In this document: positions 13,900 to 26,752 of the stretch, one piece after another | Layout: every line of letters begins with the position of its first letter | How positions within the stretch are numbered: position 1 is the first letter of the stretch | Assembly: GCF_020745735.1 (NCBI RefSeq) | Contig: NW_026867636.1 | Span: 222,388-286,387 of the forward strand | Origin: Hemiscyllium ocellatum | Lineage: Eukaryota | Reading direction: 5' to 3' | Length of the DNA stretch: 64,000 bases | Made by a program: the position numbers and the translations under genes | The notes under the pieces: generated by a model | The model's database searches: none | Told to the model about the DNA's origin: nothing | The model's input: only the letters and a program-made list of their open reading frames with translations

Positions 13900-15360
13900 C
13901 AGTGTCATCGGGACTGTGTTTCCCATTCCCTTTTCTGATACAGAGGCTGATGCCAGGTATTCTGACCGATTATATCCGTTAATAATTCGGGGCAGTGTGA
14001 TATAACTGAATGCCTTGCTTGGTCGTTTCTGAGGCCATTGAAGCGTTCGTCACATGTCTGTGTTTCTGGAGTCATTTTTAGGGCAGACCAGGAATGCATG
14101 GGATGTTCGCTTCCTTGAAGTACATCAAGGGAGTTAATTGGTCTTCACAGTCGATGTTGGCTTCAAGGTCACTATTACTGATACTAAATCTTCGATCTCG
14201 ATAATTTAGTAATTGTTTTTGGCTTGGACAAGCTAACAGCTGCCCGTAACATTGATTCTCCTTCTCCTCCGATGCTGCCTGACTGCTGTGAGTTTGCAGA
14301 ACCACACTCTCAACTCTGACCTCCAGCATTTGCAAGCTCACTTTCTCTGAGTATTAGACTGGTCTGGATTAATAATCCAGTTACATTTCCACAAAGGCTC
14401 CACAGGAACCTATCCAAAACCACATTGAGAGCTTTGTTTCTTGACAGCTCTTTCAAAACAACTCCTACCAATTTTACTCTCTCGATGGGACTTAGGGGGT
14501 GGTTATTGGTCAGATTATAATGATTCGCCTCTTTGGAGAGTGGAAATATATGAATAATTTTCCACATCGCCATGTAGATGTCAGAGTTGGAGCTGGAATG
14601 TGAACGGTCTTCCTCAGAGACACGGCTTGTTGTGCAGCACAAGTCTCAGTCCTATTACAGGAATGGTCTCATGATCCATTACCTTTATCTTTTCTTCTGT
14701 GTTCAACCGTTTCTTCATGTCACTTGCAACGAATCGCATTCGATGAAGACTGAAATCTGTGATTCTGTGTCCATCATTATGAGGAAGAGATGGACAATAG
14801 ACCCAATTTTGGCTGAGGATGGAGCAGCTACTACACCCTTGCCTTTTTCACCGATGTGCAAGGCTGTTACATTCGTTTGGGTTGGGATATTTGTGAAGCC
14901 CATTACTCCGTTAAGTTGTTTTACCGGGCATCTCTATTGATGGCTGGTTTTCAGGACCGCAGAGCCTAAATGGGTCTATTTGTCTTGAGATCGGTTCGCA
15001 CTCTGTCAGATGCTAGTGTTGCTGTTTGGAATGGAAGCAGTCAGGTGCAAAAGCTTTAACGGTTGCTGTCAGTTTTAGGTGCACATGGTCATGACCGTGG
15101 TATGGTCGCCCACAGACGTCACAGCAACAATCATCAGCTTGATTTTAATAATAGAATGAGGGAATATCTCGATTGAAATATATGGATTGTGGTTGATTAG
15201 AATTCTGCTTCCGCTGCTCCTGTGGTCTACAGCATTCCATAGATGCCAAGGTTGAGTTGCACTTTCTGCAGTGGAATTCTGCTGCCTGTCCGCAAGTTCA
15301 CACCGAGAGCCATTCATCCTACAATCCTGTACTCCATGACACTTTCTTATTCACTTCTCA
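13900..15360 (-). mobile_element. Decayed non-LTR retrotransposon (RT N-terminal region) with nested Penelope end and SINE fragment at 14210-14400
   Basis: MWKIIHIFPLSKEANHYNLTNNHPLS resembles the WKxAxVxPxxK...NYRPIS motif. Confidence 0.55.
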
Positions 15361-15839
15361 TTCTGATGTCGGTCTCTCCATGATGACACACCTCCAATTT
15401 GTCTCATTTAGCAAAACCCTTTACTGTACACATCTGAAACGTTTCCCTTCTGTCAATGCCATTTTCTGTGTTTGATATGAATGTGCTTCCATCTGTTTCT
15501 TTCTCTGACCAACATTAAGAGCTCTGTAGTTTCCGTGATGCCAGCACTATGTAGTTTCACAACCAGTGAATTTGTGCATCTTGCGTTCTCGTTCATTTCT
15601 CGTTGTATGGTGCTCCATAATGGACGGGGCGTTTGAGCGGCATTATGACCGTTGTTTGGAACTTGTTCAAAAACATAAATGGCCAGAGAAAAGAAACACG
15701 TCAGCAACTGTGGCATGAAAACAGAGTTAATCTTTCGGGTCCAGTGACCATTCTTCAAACCGCCCAGTTTCATCAGCAACTTGTGTTCTGGTTTTGGTTT
15801 GCTGGTATTCACAGTTCTTTGCTTTATTGAAAACGTGTT

Positions 15840-16960
15840 CTCTGGCTTTTCATTTCTGAAGAAACACAGCACATCTGGTAACATCTGTGGGGACAATGAA
15901 ACGCCGTTGATGTTTCAAGTCCAGTGCAGCACTTAGTAAGACTGAAAGTGATTGGAACATGAGCTTTTTATTATATTGTCAGAGGTGGAGGATGGGGAAC
16001 AGAGGCTGTTGAGGCCCAGTGCAAAATAAAATGGGCTTTATATCGCGGCGAAAGAAAAACAGATGTACAATATGTGTAAATTATCGTGAGAATGTGAGAC
16101 ATGGTTTCCCTCCATTGAGTGCAAGATAAATGATTCATGGGAGCCCAGGAGGGAGAATGTACGAAAAATGGAGAACAGCCATATTGGAGTTCGGCTGTGA
16201 AGTTACAGAATTGAATATCTCATCCTACAGTTGGTAAAGTAGCAAAGTGTAAAGTGAGGTATTACTCGAACTAGGGTTGTGCTTCATTGGAATACTGCAG
16301 CAGCGAAGGACCGAAAAATCAGTCTGCGAGCCAGGTAGGTAGTAGAGAAGGGAAGCAATGGGAAGGTCAGGCTTTTTCCTACAAACGGAGTAGAAGTTTT
16401 CATAAACGCATGGCCTCATCAATGTAAAGGAGACTGCATTGTGAGCGGCAATGAAAGCGGCAATGAAAGAGTAAGAGAGAAGTATTACTTCACAAGAAGA
16501 TGTGCTTGGCTTCTTGGACAGTGATGTTAGAAGAGGTGAATGGGCAAGTGCTGCAGCTTCTACAATTGCATGCGAATGTGCCATGTCGTGTTTGGGGAAG
16601 TGTGCGGTGTGAAAGAGGGGGTCAAAGACGGGATAGTAGTTTCGAAATGCAGACAGCGGATAGAGGTGAAGGTGTATTTGATGGTGCTGTCCTGCTGGAG
16701 GTGGTAGTTTTGGCGGAGGATAATGCTGTGAATTCGATTCTTCTGCATTGTGAAGTGAGGACAGGTGGATCCCTATCATTGTTCTGGAAAGGAAGAGATG
16801 GTGTGAGGGCATAAATGAGGGATATGGGTCAGTGTCTGCTGTAGACCCTGAGAATTGGTGTGTTTTCTCTTATCATTGAAAAGCAAGTTAGGTAAGAGGC
16901 TTTCCACTGCGACCTGGTAACGGCGAACAGAACTGACATCGCGAGAGAAACTGGGCGAAT
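15840..16960 (-). mobile_element. Decayed Penelope-like element
   Basis: YPLSAFRNYYPVFDPL and flanks parallel the PPLSAFRK region of the younger Penelope copies. Confidence 0.65.
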
Positions 16961-17419
16961 AGAGCCACTCTCAGCTGAGCACGTGTTCAGCCATACAGTG
17001 AGGTTGCCCCATGCATTTCAATTGCAGATTCATATCTTATATCTGGTCTAAAACGGAATGGGAAAAAAGACCCACATGTGAACGTCAGTGAATGTATGGG
17101 GTGATATTTACGCAGATAAATCATAACTCTCATCAATGATAGATTGTAGTTCAAAAGACGGAGTTGACACGAAGGTGAACCACCCATGGTGCAGAAACGC
17201 TGTCAAGGACACTAATCAATCACAAAATAAAGAAATCAATTCACAGGCAGGATTGTCGGCCAGATTTTGGTTGTGCATTTTTGGAACCAGAACCCGATAA
17301 CACGGAGCAAAATAGAAAGAAATCAATGTTAGAAAATTGGCAACATTTATAAAACTTCCTGCAATAGCTTTTCCCTATAGATACTTTTTAAAAAGATCAT
17401 GATTTGCGCGTGACCCATG

Positions 17420-18900
17420 GGACTGAGCCTTAACAGTGCTTCGTCTCTTTCTGTCCAGGACCTCTCAGGTTTCAGTCTCTGTGGTTTCCTGCCTTCTCGG
17501 CATATTGTTCCTGTGTGTGTCCTGACATCTCAGTGTTGTCTCTGTCAATCCGACCCTTCTGACAGTTATGTCTCTATGGATCCCGGCTTTCTCTGGAATG
17601 TGTCTCTGTGTGTTCAGGCATTCTGTAGTTGTGTAGTTGTGGGTCTGGACCTTCTCAGTGTGCTGCATCTCTGGTTCTGAGCCTTCTCAGGGTTGTGTCT
17701 CTATGAGAATGTGTCTTCAGAGTATAGAGTCTCTGTGGGTCCTTGTTTTCTCTGCATTGAATCTGTGTGTTCCCGGTCATCCCAGGTTGTGTTCCATGGA
17801 TCCAGGACTACTCAGGATTGTGTCTCTCTGGGTCTCGTCTTTCTTGCAACTCTGTTTCTGTGGGTCCTGACATTCTCAGGACTGGGTCTCTGTGGGACCA
17901 TGCTGTTTTCAGGGTTATGTCTCTGTGGATCTGTGCCTTCTCAGCGTTGTGTTTCCGGGGTCTCTACATTCTCCAAGATTGTGTCTGTGTGGTTCCTTGT
18001 CTTCTCAGGGTTTATTCTTTGACAATCGGACCTTCTCAGGACTATGTTTCTGTGTGTCTGGCCCCTCCCAGGATCGTGTCCCTCTGGTTCTGGGGCTTAT
18101 CAGGATTGTATCTTTGTTGGTTGTGCCTTTTGAGGGCTATGCCGATGTGGGTAAGGGTCTTCTCAGGTTTGTGTCCATCTGGTCCCGGCCTTCTTCGGAT
18201 TCTCTCTCTGTTGGACGGTGTGCACAGCGTTATGTCTCTGTGGATCCGGACTTTGCAAGGATTGTGTCTTCCCACGGTTGTGTTCCTATCATCTCCAATT
18301 TGTGTCTCTGTGGGTCCGGCACTTCACGTGGTGGGTTTGCTGTGGGTTTGGGCAATTTCAGAACGGAGTCTCTGTCAGTCTGGGCCTTCTGTGGTTACTG
18401 TCTCTGAGGGTCTGGGCTTGCTCAGGGTTTTGTCTATGTGGGTCTAGCATTTCCCAGTGTTCTGTGTCTCTGTGTCCTGCTCTGCTCAGGATTCTGCCTC
18501 TGTTGAACCACGTCCTCTCAGCATTGTTTATCTGTCTGTCAGGGCCTTCCCAGGGTTGGGGCTCTGCGTATTTCTGCCGTCTTATGACGGTATCTCTGTC
18601 GTTCCGCCCTTCCTGGGATTGTGTTAATGTGGGTTCAAACTTTTACTGGGATTTGTCTCTGGGTCTGGGACTTTTCATGATTGTGTATGTGTGGGTCCAG
18701 ACCTTCTCAGGGTTGTGTTTCTCTGAGTCGAGGCCTTCATGAGTTTGTGTCTCTGTGGGTCCAGGTCTTCGAAGGATTGCTCTGGGCACCTCAGGATTAT
18801 ATCTCTGTGGGTCCGGGCATCTCTGGTTTGTTTTGTGTGTTGGTCTTTTTTGGGCTTTCTTTCTGTGTGTCAGGCCCCAATGAATGTTACGTTTGTCTGT
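17420..18900. repeat. 32-bp minisatellite, ~45 diverged copies (approx. consensus TGTGTCTCTGTGGGTCCGGACCTTCTCAGGAT)
   Basis: Consecutive 32-nt units readable at about 18682-18778; source of the overlapping Cys/Leu/Ser ORFs. Confidence 0.9.
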
Positions 18901-18914
18901 TCTGAGCTGCTGAG

Positions 18915-18990
18915 CTCTCTGTCTCTCTGTCTCTCTCTCTGTCTCTCTCTTTCGCTCTCTCTATCTCTGCATCTCTCTCTGACTTCTCTC
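18915..18990. repeat. (CT)n microsatellite
   Basis: CTCTCTGTCTCTCT run. Confidence 0.9.
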
Positions 18991-19187
18991 CTGTAAGAAC
19001 TAGTTTCATTTTAACTTCTGTGCCAAAGGTTGTTGTTAGTGATTATTGAACGTATTTTTGAACAACATCGTTAATTTAGGGTTGTGTGTTGCGTTTCCGG
19101 TTAGGATACTTCATTCAATATTCTGTTTTCTGTTCTTTATTTTTAATTCAGTGATATTGTAAGTAAATTCAATTTTATTTAGGACTA

Positions 19188-19330
19188 GCAGGTTTATTCT
19201 TCAGCACTAACTTTCCGAGCGCTGCTTCTGCATCATGCAGCTGATGAACAACTGATGAACGACCAGTGCTCAGAATGCTCGTGTTTCCAAACAAACCTGT
19301 TTTGACTATAACCTGGCGTTGTCTGTTTTT
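19188..19330. mobile_element. Short fold-back of the Penelope pLTR family seen at 7899-8470
   Basis: CAGGTTTATT...CACTAACTTTCCGAGCGCTG mirrored by CAGTGCTCAGAATGCTCGTG...AAACCTG; ends ACTATAACCTGGCGTTG. Confidence 0.65.
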
Positions 19331-20789
19331 GAGTATATGAATACCGGTACACCTCGTTACGAATCATCATTAAGGGAATCAAAGGTTATGGGTGAAGCTC
19401 ATGAAAACAATGTAAAAAGTATTGGATTATCTACGTTGTTTTTGAATGGATTCGAATTGACGGGTTGGCAGGCGTCCTTCTGCGCCCATATCTCACTTGG
19501 AATTCAATGTCTCCAGTACTCACTCCTTCTGCGCATGCTCCAGAAAAGTTTCGGCACTGTACCTGTGAAGTGGAATCCATCGCGTATAATGTATTTATTC
19601 TGGTATTATGAGCGTGCATGTTGGAGCTGTGATAATCGTCGAGTCGTTCAGGTTATGGAATGAGCATGAGTTCCGTGGAAATTCTTGCAATTAAGACTTT
19701 GTTTATGACTATAAAGGCACGACCATGGATTTGTCAGTACTGCAGAATACGGACCTTGCGTTTTACTTTTGTGTATCCATCAGCATCACAAAATTAGCAG
19801 TCTGAAACTGTAGAATCTTTAGACACAGTAGCGTTGCCAATTCATCTGAGACACTGTTTCAAAATACTAATTTCTGCGAGCATGTGTTACTTTCCACAGC
19901 TGCTCTATTTCCCCGTACCTCACCTTCAGAAAATGTCACAGGACTACCGTGGTGAAAATAAAATATATCTGCCGCTTTCAGCCATGAAGGTAATAATTTT
20001 TAGTCCATTCACTACCCCTGCTGCTTAATTTCAGTTTGAGTTACTGGGCTTGGGGAAGTGGGGGGCGTGCGGGAGTGGGCAAAGTGTTGACCTTTTCAGA
20101 CAGCAAGTCAGGACCGCCTTAAAATGATAGGTTCCCATCTTCTGTCCACTCTGGGAGTTCCTGTCCTTCAGGAAGTGAGTTTCTCTTCATGCTGAACAAC
20201 CTGCTGTAAGGCTTTATTTCAAAAGAATGCGCAATTATGAACAACGAAACATACATTTACAGAGTGCAAGCCACCATCTAAAGCCAACTCAAAAAGTTTC
20301 AATTTCAGTTTGGCAATTTCCAAATTACCGACGCTGGAGGACATTAGAAGTCCATTCCTGCTCACCGAGATCCCTCAGACAGTGATCTGACGATGGGTAG
20401 TTCACATGTTTTCATTCACGACGACTGAAGGATAATCTTCTAACAGCAGAACATTTGGGTTAATTTCTCTTTGCCCCATTGTCCTTCCATTTGTGATCAT
20501 TTAATATCAACCGTTATTATTCTACCCGCATATTTTCACCGAAATGACAATTTGTCCAGCTAAAACCTTTTGTGAAAGCTAAGTAATAATTCTTCTGAAA
20601 TCCTCTGGAACGCATTCCAATATAAGCTTCTTCTCCATGGCCAACATCTTAATCAATCCGCAGCATTGGCAAGTTATGGTATTCGCATGCTGAACACAGC
20701 ATTTCAAAGTAAAACACTTTTATGCCTTGGTTCCATAATTGTCGCAAGTTATATCAAAGGGGGCAGAAAAACTGGTTCAAAGACGTAGA

Positions 20790-21025
20790 ATGATAGAATT
20801 CCAACGATACATTGAGGCCACACCGAACCTCCAAACTGTATCGTAACGAGACATAATCCCCCAACCTGCATGTCTTTGGACTGGACGAAGAAACGGAAGC
20901 ATCTGAAGGAAACCCACGCAGATCGAGGAGACTGAACAAACTCCACAGAACCCATGGGTTCAATTGAACCTGACTGTACAGCGCAGTGAGGCTGCAGGGC
21001 TACCCATTGGTCCAAAAGGCCCATG
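20790..21025 (-). mobile_element. HE1-type SINE fragment (mirror copy 53560-53860 +)
   Basis: AACCTGCATGTCTTTGGACTG...AACCCACGCAGA...AAACTCCACAGA body. Confidence 0.7.
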
Positions 21026-21339
21026 ACATTAAATGCTCACTGAAAATACTGTCATCAAACTGGGAGAATCTCTCGGTAAATGCCGCCCAATGTGGATAAG
21101 AAGCTTCTGTGAAATATCCAACCATTTTATGCATCTCTGCCAATTCCAATGGAAAAGTAATTATTTTCACAGACAGGAGGATTAGTGAAACGAGCATCCC
21201 ACATATTCATCTCATCACTTGTCTAAACAAATATAGAGATTGTGGATCCAAAATTAAATTATTTAATTCGTTCAGGGCACACAACTGTGCAGTGGATGAC
21301 AGTCATCTTCAGGCGCATTGAATCTCCAATTTGACACGA

Positions 21340-23125
21340 CGAATTAATGGTCTAAAACGGGTCATGAGATGCATTCAGCGAACAGGGTTCATGAAAATCC
21401 CAAAACCTTTTAATCATACTAAAGGTAAAGACGATCACAAGGGAAATGGGTGGCCCACTGAAAGACAAAAGAGTAAATATATGCCTGGGAATTGGATGAG
21501 ATTCGTAATGCAAACGTTGCGTCGGTATCCACCATGGGCAGTGGAATGGCAGGGTATGAGGTTGGGTATAGATGTTTGATTACTCCAGGTCAGGTCGGCA
21601 TCAGGAGGGAGGATGCACTGGGTAGTATCAAAGGCACTAATGTGTACGAGTCAGTGAACACGATGGAGGCCGCAGGAGACTGGCAAATTACTGATGTTGT
21701 CCCCTTGTTTCAGAAGGTTAACATGGATAATCCAAGTAATTACAGACCTGTGAGCCTGACGTCAGTGGTAGGGAAGCTACTGGACATGATAATGAGGGAT
21801 AGAGTATGTACCAATTTGTAAGAAAATGGGGTTGTCAGTGATAAATAACATGGTGTTGTGCATGGAAGGTCATATGCAACAAACTAATAGAATATTTGAA
21901 TAGGTGTCAAAGGCAATTTATCAGGGAAGAGATGTAGACGTCATGGACATGGACTTCAGTTAGGATTTTGATAAGTTTCCCCATTGTAGGCTGATGAAGA
22001 AGTTGAATTTGCACGCGATCCAGGGTGTTCTAGCTAGAGGAACATAGAACAGGTTGGGCAACAGGAGAGAGAGAGAAGAGAGAGTGATAGAGTAATAGTG
22101 GATGGGAGCTTTTCAAATTGAAATCAGTGATCAGTTGGTGTTCTGTTGGGATCGTCCTAGAACCACTGTTGCTTGTGATAAACATAAATGATTTGGAAAA
22201 TGATGTAGGTTGCCCATGAACACGTTTGCAGACCACGATAAGATTAGTCGATTAGCAGATAGTGAAGGTGACTGTCAGAGAATACAGCAGACTATAGATA
22301 GTTTGGAGAACTGGGCAGAGAAATGGCAAATGGAGGTCAGTCGGTCAAATGTGAAGCGATGCACTTTGGAAGAACCAATTAAAGAGCAAACTGTAGAGTA
22401 AATAGAAACGTCATGGGGAAAATTGAAGTTCAGAGAGACCTAGGTGTTCAGGTCCATTGTCCGCTGAAGCTGGAAAAGCAGGTAATTAAAAATGGGAAGA
22501 AGCCATACGGCATGCTTTCAATCGTCGGAAGGGATAGTGAATAAAGCTGCATAAGACTTTAGTTCAGCCTTATGTAAAATTGCAACAGTTCCGGTCTCCG
22601 CATTACCAAACAGATGTGTGTGATTTGAGGAGGTCGCAGAGAAGGATGACTAGGATGTTGTCTGGTATGGAGATTGTTAACTATAAGGAGAGTTTGAGTG
22701 GATTATGATTATTTTCATTGCAAAGGAAGAGCCTGAGGAGAGACCTGATTGTGGCCTAAAAATCGATGAGATGTGTTGACAGGATGGATAACAAGAAACA
22801 TTTTCACAGAGTAGTTGACTCAACTACTAGGAGCCACGTGATCAAAGTGAGAGGGCGCAAAGTTTAGCAGAGATATACGTGGAGCTTTCTGCAGTTCGAG
22901 GCCGGGAGGTGCCTGGAAAGCTTTTCCAGTTGAGTTGGTTGGAGCATGCATGATAGCGTCATTTAAGATATATCTGGACAGATACATGAATAAGCAGGGA
23001 GCAAAGGGATACCGATCCTGAGAAGATAGGCGACAGGTTTAGACAGAGCATCTGAATAGTCACAGGCTTGGTGGGCCGAAAGGCCTGTGGTGGTGGTGCA
23101 ATGTTATTTGTTCTTTATTCTTTAA
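21340..23125 (+). mobile_element. CR1 LINE inside left arm
   Basis: DWQITDVVPLFQK...NPSNYRPVSLTSVVGKLL; FADHDKI; WAEKWQME; complete 3' tail. Confidence 0.9.
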
Positions 23126-24319
23126 AGATAGGCTTTACAAGAGGTATCATTGGAAGTTCAGTTTGGATATTTAGAATACATTTTGTAGATTCTGTGAATA
23201 TACCACTGCGTGTAGAAGTATAAACTCCTACCTCCCACATGCGTCCTCCTTATCTCGGTTCGGTATGATGAGTTATGCGACAATGTTCCTGCTTTTCCCC
23301 AAATAGCTTTCAGTGAAGATGCAGATTTTCGGGTTCAGCTTCAGCATGACTGAACGTAAGAAAATAATAACTCCGACCTGAGTAGGCGAGGACGTGTGCA
23401 GATCATCCTTTCAACACTTCATCAACATCGGAAAGAATGAAGACTGAGCTCACCTCCTCACTGGGATTTCCTGAACACTGAAAACTTCTTGACCCTTCAA
23501 GCCAAAGTTAATTCGAAACTTGTTTCTCTGCTTTAAATTTGTTCCGAGCCCTGGCACGACTTAAGTTTAGGGGAGTGATAAGATTAGATTCGCTCCTGTA
23601 TGGAAACAGGCCCTTCGGATCGATTCCCAGAGATCCCCAACACTTTTACAGAAGGATATTTCTCCACAACTTTGGCCTAAATCTCTTCTTTCTATTCCTC
23701 TCCAACTCACAGATGTCTGAATATTATTTCCGATGTCAGAAAGTTTTTTTTTGCTTTTGGCTAAGGGGTGTCACCGTGAACTCCACTGATAGCCCAAATG
23801 ACTTGCGAGTCTGAAAGGGTAATCTGTTCCCACAACACCGGACCCCACACCTCTGACATACGTTCTGAAGTGCACCAGTGGATTCATGGAGACTACAATC
23901 GACGAGGCATGTAAAGTTGGGAACCGCGCATGTGGGAAGCTGTCACGGGAATCTGCAAGTGTTTAACAACTGTTTGGGAAGGTACACATTCAGCTCTGTA
24001 ATTAGTAGAGAAAGACAGCATGTGATTTGTTCTTTGGGTAGAGACAAACAAAACTACAAATGATGGAATACAAGGTAGACAAGCAGGAGGTTGGCAAAAC
24101 ACAGCAAACCACGCATAAGCAAGTGGTGGCGACGTAAATGTTTCAAGCTCAACCCTTCTTCAAGAACTGTCACAACAGAAACATTGACTTTTCCCCATCC
24201 TGGTGCTGCCGGGTTTATTCATTAAATTATGGGTACAATGTCCCCACAGCCAAGTCGTTCTTCGTTCTCTCCTACGATCATTTTAATACGATAATTGACC
24301 AACAGGAAAACATGGAAGG

Positions 24320-24490
24320 CAGTAGTACTCTGGTCCTCCAACCAATCAGAGCTGTCCTATTGCCTGAGTGCCAGCATTGAACAATGAGCTTGTATAGCTG
24401 CTCCTATCTGCTAAGCAGAGCTGTGATGCTGCTGTCTGAATAAAGGTGGAGTTTCACCTAGAATCCAACTTCCTCCAGGGTTAGCACAAC
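24320..24490 (+). mobile_element. Small solo-LTR-like sequence (mirror copy ~49953-50130 -)
   Basis: CCAATCAGAG, TGTATAG, AATAAA in LTR order, ending CACAACA. Confidence 0.4.
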
Positions 24491-26442
24491 ACTAGCAGCA
24501 CATTTTTTTCCTGTTCATTTCCTCTCTTATTAAATTCTTAGATTAAGTATTTAACTTGTAGAACTGAAGGAAAACAAGGAGAACCTAGAAAGGGAGCAGG
24601 GACTGTCCAGGACAAGAAGGGTTGATTGTTTATTTGTTCATAGAAACCTGAGGAGAATGTGGTGGGTATACATTATAGTCAGCGGCCTGACACTGGTGGA
24701 AAAGATGGTGTGAGGTGGAGGGTTACACAGATTTCGTGGAAGAGAGAGGAAAATGCCACTCTCAAAAATCGGGAATTGTTTGTTCTGAGTTCCTAATCTA
24801 TTCTTATTAACTGTGTAACTCCTTTTATAGGAATCTAGAAGTAAAAGTTTGACAAAGAGAGGCCTTCTGTGACTAGCCTCTCACATGCTCTCTTGCTCTC
24901 TCTCTCTTCTCCAGTTTATAGACCACTGCTTTTGTTTTTTTTTTCCGAAAGTTCCAAAAACAACACAAAAGCTTACAAAGCCGTATTAAATTCTTCAAGA
25001 AATCGAATAAATTAGCTGCAGCAAGCAATGAAGCTCAAAGCAAAGAAGCAAGCCTTGCAAACACGATTCTCTCCCATTCCCTATTTAATTCCATTTTCCC
25101 ATGGAGACCACGCCGTATTCTGGTTGGATGAGCCTTTCGCTGATATTTAAGCTTTCAAAGACTCAACGAGACACGCAACATGGAGGAACTGAAAATTTGA
25201 CATCCATGGGAAGGGATTATATTCCATGTCAACACTGGGGTTGCTTCAACATGGTTGCAGCAGGGAGAGGCCATTTATCTTCTCGGAATACGGGAAGGAA
25301 TTCACTGATTTGTTTGCCCTCTCGAAACACAGCTTGCTGCCACTGGAGAGAGGGCACTGACCTATCCTGAGTGTAGGAAAACAATCAGTGAATATCTTTC
25401 CTTGTTGAGACACGTGCAGGCAGGTGGGGCTAGTTTTGTTTAGGATATCTGGTCAGCATGGACGGGTTGAACCGAAGGGTCTGTTTCCATGCTGTAAATC
25501 TCTATGAATCTATGACTAGTGAGGTCACACAGGGGAGAGTTCAACCATCTGCTTGCAGTATGTAAATCTAATAACTCAGATTTCCTGTTTTTATATGCAC
25601 CATTCCATTCACACTGCCGCGTATCATTGTGTTTCGTTATTATTTTTTGTCATTGTGGAAAAGAGATGTACTGGCGAATTGTCACTGGAAAAAGGTTATT
25701 CATCTGGACTGAGTCTGGGAACGGATTCACTCAGTCAACAAAACTGCGGAAGGATGAGCGTATTCACAAATACCTGAAGAGGCAGGGGCTGGATCTTCGG
25801 TGAATCAACAATTTTACATGATCTTTCAAATTGAATTCCAAGGTCTCAACCACAACCATGCAGGAGCACAAAGGAAACAGTTACGTCACAACATGCAAAC
25901 TCCCCTCCATGTCATGTACCAGCCTCTGGTTGAACAATGTTAGCTGTTCCTCTACCTGAACTTTGTCAAAGTCCTGTGAATAACTTTCATCTTCAGGTTG
26001 AATGCAAACGGTTCTGCAAAAAAATCAGTTTTCAAGACTCAGAAATGTCTCAGGAAAGCAGCTGTTGATACTTGTCCGAATGTGACTTTCAGAAGGGCAA
26101 TACACTGACTGAAGCAGAGAAAATAGGAGTAGGAACAGGTCATTCAGCCCATCTTGCGTGATCTCCCATTCATTATGCTCACAGCTCATTCTGTATCTTG
26201 GCGCTATATTCCCCGTTCTCTCCATACCGTGTGATATATTTAATCTCCAATGTATGAGCAATCTTTTTCCTTGAATCAATTGAGTACCTTGACCTATACA
26301 GTTGTCTGTGGTTGAGAATTTCAGTTTGAAAGCCAATTCCATTCAATATGTTCTCCTCCATGTCCGGACACTTTGACATTTGGTTTGAGAATCCCAGAAC
26401 TGGTTGAATATCCTCCAGGCATCTGATGTGTTCAACACAAGT

Positions 26443-26752
26443 GGGCGGCACGGTGGCACACTGGTTAGCACTGCTGCATTACAGCGCTAGAGACCTAGCT
26501 TCATTTCCTGACTCAGGCGACTGACTGTGTGGTGCTTGCACATTCGCCCCGTGTCTGCGTGGTTTTGCTCCCGTTTCCTTCCACAACTCCTAAAAAATGT
26601 GTAGTTTCCGTGAATTGGCCACGTTAAATTCCCCGTTGTTTTAGGTGAATGGGGTAAATGTAGGGGATTGGGTCTGGGTGGGTAGCACGTCGGCGAGTCG
26701 GTGTGTACTTGGTGAGCCGACGGGCCTGTTTCCATAGTGTAGGTAATCTAAT
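26443..26752 (+). mobile_element. HE1-type SINE (mirror copy 47681-47972 -)
   Basis: GGCGGCACGGTGGCACACTGGTTAGCACTGCTGC head, central core, GGGCCTGTTTCCATAGTGTAGG...ATCTAATCT tail. Confidence 0.85.

Noticed and set aside
17417-18996. Long overlapping Cys-rich ORFs (up to 226 aa), or a CRISPR-like array
   Set aside because: Products of a stop-poor 32-bp tandem repeat; no unique spacers, no cas genes, eukaryotic context.
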